DNA of 64,000 bases from an uncultured Bdellovibrionales bacterium (GTDB lineage: Bacteria; Patescibacteriota; Minisyncoccia; Moranbacterales; GWC2-37-73): NCBI GenBank assembly GCA_964609855.1, contig CAZSTB010000004.1:3740-67739 (forward strand). The letters run 5' to 3'. The notes beneath the pieces are model-generated. The model did no database searches, was not told the origin of the DNA, and saw only the letters and a list, made by a program, of their open reading frames with translations. This document shows, piece after piece, positions 58,331 to 64,000 of the stretch (position 1 is its first letter; every line of letters starts with the position of its first letter). Both the position numbers and the translations under genes were made by a program.

Positions 58331-59956
58331 TTACGATGTCAGCCCTAATGCGTCTCTGGTGCTGGAAAAAACCTCGCCTTTTTCCTTCATATTTCTGAAC
58401 CATCGCTCTTTATTCAATGCTCTTGTCAATGAATCATTAGCTGAAGAAATCACAACATTCTTCCCTCTGATTTTCAAAGTTTCAATCATTTCCTTAATGA
58501 TTTCCAACCCGTCCATGTCAAAGAAGAATAAGTTGCGGAAACTCAATACCACCGTTTTCGTATCATCACTTATTAAATTAATATTTTCCATGTGAGATTG
58601 AACATTGACATACGTAAGCTGTCCCGCAAATCGATAAACCAAAGAATCTCCATGATCAGACCTTTTTGCAAATTCCTTTGCATTTAACCTTGCTAGTAAT
58701 TTTCCATCGCGATTAATATTGATTTCGGTTTTAGCACGCGACATCTTGTTGGCGAACATTAAAAGTGCAACCACCGATCCGATCAATATTCCAAAAATCG
58801 GGTCCTCTGCGACTGTAATAATTGCCACGATAATCGCAAGCAAAAAAGCAGATTTATCGTTGCGATATATTTTTACAAAATGTTCACGCTCCACCATTTG
58901 CGTTGCCGTAAAAATCAAAATTGAGGCTACAACTGGAAGCGGGAGGTATTTAAAAATAAATAGGAAAATTGCTGAAATAATCAAGATGCAAACGCTGCTG
59001 ATTGTTGCAGACATTTTATCATTAGCACCACTTTTTACATTCAGTGAAGTTCGAGCCAAAGCAGCTGTTGCAGGAATACCACCAAAAAGTCCTGAGAAAA
59101 TATTTGCAAGTCCAGTACCCAACACTTCTTTTCTGGTATTGTGCTTTGTTTTTGTCATTCCATCAGCTATTTTTGCTGACATTAAGGTTTCCAGAATTCC
59201 CACCACGCTCACAGCCACAGCTCCCATCAGTATCTCTTTATTAATCACCCAAGAAATGTTTGGAATTGCAAAAAGATTACCAGAGATATCGCCGAACTTT
59301 GAAAATAAAGTCTGAAATTGAACATCAATAAAACCAATTTGAGAAAGATATCCAAGTAAAATTCCAATCGGAGCCAGCACCATCACTCCTGGAACTTTCG
59401 GATAGAATTTTCTCCAAGCAAATAGGAAGATTAGTCCTGAAATAGTGAGTATCAAAGTTGCCCAATGCAAAGAGCTTAGATGCGAAAAACTCTCACCCAA
59501 GTTATCAATCAATTTTTCATGAACTGGCAATCCCTTTAAGCCAAAAGCGAAATTAAATTGTCCCAAGGCTATTATAAAAGCAACCCCTAAGGTGAACCCA
59601 TGTACAACGCTTGAGGGAATAAAAACGATATAACGCTCCCAACGAAGCAGAAAAACTATCAGTGTCATCAATCCAGTCAAAATAGCTAGGAGTGGTAGAA
59701 TTGAAACGCCATATTTAATTGCAAAAACAATTAAGATTCCAGAAAGAGCACCAGTTGGTCCGACGATATTGAAATTACTCCCTCCAAAAATTGACGCGAG
59801 CAATCCCGCCCAAATTGCCGTGACTACACCCATGAGTGGCGTGGCTCCAGCTGCAACTGCCAAGGAAATTGAAAGAGGAATTGAAACAAAAGCGACCGTT
59901 AGACCGGCTTTCCAATTAGCTTTTATTTTTTCTTTAAAATCAGAGCTCTTTTCCAT
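58331..59956 (-). CDS. SulP/SLC26 anion transporter with STAS domain
   Basis: AGLTVA.V.IP.S, FGGS..NIVGPTGA, GGIPATAALART, C-terminal STAS. Confidence 0.94.
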   Translation of the reverse strand: MEKSSDFKEKIKANWKAGLTVAFVSIPLSISLAVAAGATPLMGVVTAIWAGLLASIFGGSNFNIVGPTGALSGILIVFAIKYGVSILPLLAILTGLMTLIVFLLRWERYIVFIPSSVVHGFTLGVAFIIALGQFNFAFGLKGLPVHEKLIDNLGESFSHLSSLHWATLILTISGLIFLFAWRKFYPKVPGVMVLAPIGILLGYLSQIGFIDVQFQTLFSKFGDISGNLFAIPNISWVINKEILMGAVAVSVVGILETLMSAKIADGMTKTKHNTRKEVLGTGLANIFSGLFGGIPATAALARTSLNVKSGANDKMSATISSVCILIISAIFLFIFKYLPLPVVASILIFTATQMVEREHFVKIYRNDKSAFLLAIIVAIITVAEDPIFGILIGSVVALLMFANKMSRAKTEININRDGKLLARLNAKEFAKRSDHGDSLVYRFAGQLTYVNVQSHMENINLISDDTKTVVLSFRNLFFFDMDGLEIIKEMIETLKIRGKNVVISSANDSLTRALNKERWFRNMKEKGEVFSSTRDALGLTS

Positions 59957-60241
59957 ATTTGTTTATTTAAATAATTTATTCATTCAGCACTTCAAAATTT
60001 GAAAACAAAAAAACTCCGCAAAAAATGGGGGGTATTTTTGTAGCAAAAATTAAGCAAACAAAAAAGCCTATGCCAGAGCATACACTTTTCTTTTTTGGGC
60101 TATAGAAAAAGGACCGAGAAAAGTCAGAGCATCCTTTTTTAAAATATTTATCTACAAAACAACTAAGATTTATTTAATCAACTCTAAAATTTTACTCCTA
60201 TAAAAAAAAGCTGTCAATATTTCATTAATGAATTTTAATAA

Positions 60242-60271
60242 GGACCCGTCATCGAATTCGATGACGGGTCC
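60242..60271. terminator. Perfect 30-bp GC-rich palindrome after nhaD
   Basis: GGACCCGTCATCGAATTCGATGACGGGTCC; no clear U-tract. Confidence 0.6.
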
Positions 60272-60276
60272 CGCTT

Positions 60277-61557
60277 CTAGAAAAACCTGTGCTGCAAGAT
60301 AAATGTTCCTGCTCCAGCGAGATATCCCACGAAAGCCAAAACCCCTATCCTTCTAGCATACCAGAAGAAAGTTATTTTTTCCAAGCCCATCGCCGCAACA
60401 CCTGCAGCTGAACCTATGATCAGAATTGAACCACCTGTGCCGGCGCAATATGACATAAATTCCCAAAGGAAGCTATCGGTCGGATATTGTGCAAGATCAT
60501 ACATTCCTATGGACGCAGCAACCAGCGGCACGTTATCAACAACTGCGCTTGCTATTCCGATAAAAGTAACAATAAGATCTTGACGGCCTACGCTGTGATC
60601 GAGCCATTTGGCAAGCGATCCCAGGATATGCGTATGCTCTAAGGTTGCCACAGCCATCAGAATGCCAATGAAAAAGACTATAGATCCCATGTCTATCTTG
60701 GTAAGAGCATGGACCAGTGTCAGATGCTGCTTGTCATCAGCTTCCTTTTGGCGATGCACCAAATCCCCTGCCAGCCAAAGAATTCCGAGACCGAACAGAA
60801 TTCCCATAAAAGGCGGCAGATGAGTTATGGTTTTAAAGATAGGGACACACACCAAAATCCCAATCCCCATAAAAAACATAAAGTTGCGCTCAAAAGGTGT
60901 AGTTTCTGGCAAATTGATTGCCTCAACTATTTTAGGAGCAATAACCTCACGCCCCTTAAGCATGAAGCTTACTATGGTGAGCGGTACAGCAAGGTTAACC
61001 AGTGAGGGTAGCAAAACACCCTTGATAATATTCATCGCCGTAATTTGCCCACCAATCCAAAGCATGGTGGTGGTGACATCTCCGATCGGAGACCATGCCC
61101 CACCAGCATTGGCAGCGACAACGATCATCCCTGCGAAGAACAGACGGTCCTCCTCGTTTTCAAGCAACTTTTTCATCAGTGAGATCATCACGATAGTGGT
61201 AGTCAGATTATCCAACACAGCGCTGAGGAAAAAGGTAACAAATCCGATCAGCCACATCAGCGATGAAAGCTTAGTCGTCCTGATTTTAGACGTTACCACC
61301 TCGAAGCCGTTGTGAGCATCAACCACCTCGACAATTGTCATGGCCCCTATCAAGAAGAAGATTATCTGGGCAGTAGAGGCTAGCGATTCATTCAGCTGAT
61401 GCCCAACCAGCGAGTGATCGCCGGTAGACAAGGCGTAGATAGACCACAGTAAGCCAGCTCCAATTAGCGAAGATGCTGATTTGTTGATCCCGATGGGATG
61501 TTCAAATGCGATAGCCAGATAGATAATACCAAACCAGCAAATCAATGCTACAATCAT
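60277..61557 (-). CDS. nhaD: NhaD-type Na+/H+ antiporter
   Basis: LDNLTTTI, ANAGGAWSPIGDVTT, VDNVPLVAA, GTGGS.L.IGSAAGVAAMG. Start ATG 61557 with AGGAGG RBS. Confidence 0.9.
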   Translation of the reverse strand: MIVALICWFGIIYLAIAFEHPIGINKSASSLIGAGLLWSIYALSTGDHSLVGHQLNESLASTAQIIFFLIGAMTIVEVVDAHNGFEVVTSKIRTTKLSSLMWLIGFVTFFLSAVLDNLTTTIVMISLMKKLLENEEDRLFFAGMIVVAANAGGAWSPIGDVTTTMLWIGGQITAMNIIKGVLLPSLVNLAVPLTIVSFMLKGREVIAPKIVEAINLPETTPFERNFMFFMGIGILVCVPIFKTITHLPPFMGILFGLGILWLAGDLVHRQKEADDKQHLTLVHALTKIDMGSIVFFIGILMAVATLEHTHILGSLAKWLDHSVGRQDLIVTFIGIASAVVDNVPLVAASIGMYDLAQYPTDSFLWEFMSYCAGTGGSILIIGSAAGVAAMGLEKITFFWYARRIGVLAFVGYLAGAGTFILQHRFF

Positions 61558-61877
61558 GTTCCCTCCTAGTAAATGTTGGAATAAGTTAAAAGCCAAAATG
61601 CCGCAAAACATACCAAATTCTAATCAAAAGCCTCCTTGATAAGTATTTTTTAATAAGTATTCAATTCACAACCTAAATCAAACGCCACGTTTGTGCGCGA
61701 AACAAGAACATTATTTCTATTAAAGAACTTCAAGCTAAAGATGATTCTAGCATTAAATAGTAAAGAAATCAAGTAATTTCATAGAAATATCTCCAAAAAA
61801 ATAACAATTAAAAAATTAAAAACATATGCTTATGATGCATATGTTTTTAATTGATACTATTTTTACGAAAAATTCAA

Positions 61878-62330
61878 TCAATCCAGCTTCATGCCACCTC
61901 TTGAATGATGCTTTTTGGCAACTCGTACGCGCGCCATTTCCTTTTCAATAGCAGCCGCAACTTTAGCATATTCCATCTCATTCATGGAAACTTTTTCATT
62001 CTTGATTTCTTCCGCCCTCTTTCTCGCCTCCTCTGCGCGAGTGATATCAATTTCACTAGCCGCCTCAGCAGTATCAGCCAAAACCACTAATTTATTGTCG
62101 TTGAATTCAATAAATCCAGTTGAAACAACAAGCAGGGTTTCAACTCCTTCGGATTTCAGCATGATTTCTCCAGCTTTCAAGGCCGCAATATAGCTGCGAT
62201 GTCCCGGCATGATTGTCACTTGTCCATCCGAAACAGGAAGTGTGGCCTGATCAACTTCAGACTCGAACAAAGTTCGTTCGGGAGTCACGATTTTGAATTT
62301 AATTTTAGTAGACATACGATTAATTTTCAT
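61878..62330 (-). CDS. atpC: ATP synthase epsilon subunit
   Basis: IVTPER, G...I.PGH, GFIE, VLAD.A. Confidence 0.96.
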   Translation of the reverse strand: MKINRMSTKIKFKIVTPERTLFESEVDQATLPVSDGQVTIMPGHRSYIAALKAGEIMLKSEGVETLLVVSTGFIEFNDNKLVVLADTAEAASEIDITRAEEARKRAEEIKNEKVSMNEMEYAKVAAAIEKEMARVRVAKKHHSRGGMKLD

Positions 62331-62441
62331 TTTTCAATTCACAATTTTCATTGAATTTTCAATTTTCAATGTTTGAAAATTTATTCATTGCGAATTTATT
62401 GTAAATTGATCATTGATCATTGGAAATTATGAAATCAAAAA

Positions 62442-63860
<1,419 letters not shown>

Positions 63861-64000
63861 TTAGGCATTAGCTTCTTAGCTTTTTAGCCAATCAAATTAA
63901 TTACTATTTATAATTTCACAAATATATTTTGTCATCTTGAGTGTAATTGAGACCGATAGGTCGAAATGAAGTCGAAAGATCTGAGTTTTTTAGTGGGCTC

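Overview
AT-rich bacterial chromosome segment, mostly on the - strand. Gene content and style suggest a Patescibacteria/CPR genome, probably Parcubacteria (inference): short AspRS and ProRS, alpha2-type GlyRS, an FtsA-like plus baseplate-J-like pair, core genes without Shine-Dalgarno motifs, and many small palindromic elements. Core blocks are infA, ftsA-like, pfkB, eno, pgk, mraY, a D,D-carboxypeptidase, scpAB, aspS, ispH, proS, glyQS, a DEAD-box helicase, parAB, tRNA-Leu(CAA) and atpCD. Three accessory regions lie between them. (1) About 18.5-39.8 kb is organised around four same-orientation copies of a histidine-kinase 3' end: two intact membrane kinases and two decayed tails. These separate cargo modules: ThiF + FeeM/LuxI-like acyltransferase; Nudix + two radical SAMs + Nudix; epimerase + DUF218; M16 peptidase + Zn-ribbon protein. 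A SET gene lies just upstream. A REP-associated Y1 transposase, an MFS with a possible attenuator and a multidomain lipoprotein follow. (2) About 43.3-50.4 kb is bracketed by direct repeats and holds a receiver-RlmN-like radical SAM fusion, a hybrid kinase, an ECF sigma factor and an OmpR-type regulator. (3) About 55.4-61.6 kb is a carbonic anhydrase/SulP/antiporter cluster. Best leads: the kinase-tail-delimited module array with a putative signal synthase-sensor unit, a very compact Gly T-box, the REC-RlmN fusion, and nested palindromic micro-insertions, one probably in frame inside atpD. All calls come from reading motifs by eye; no database searches were run.
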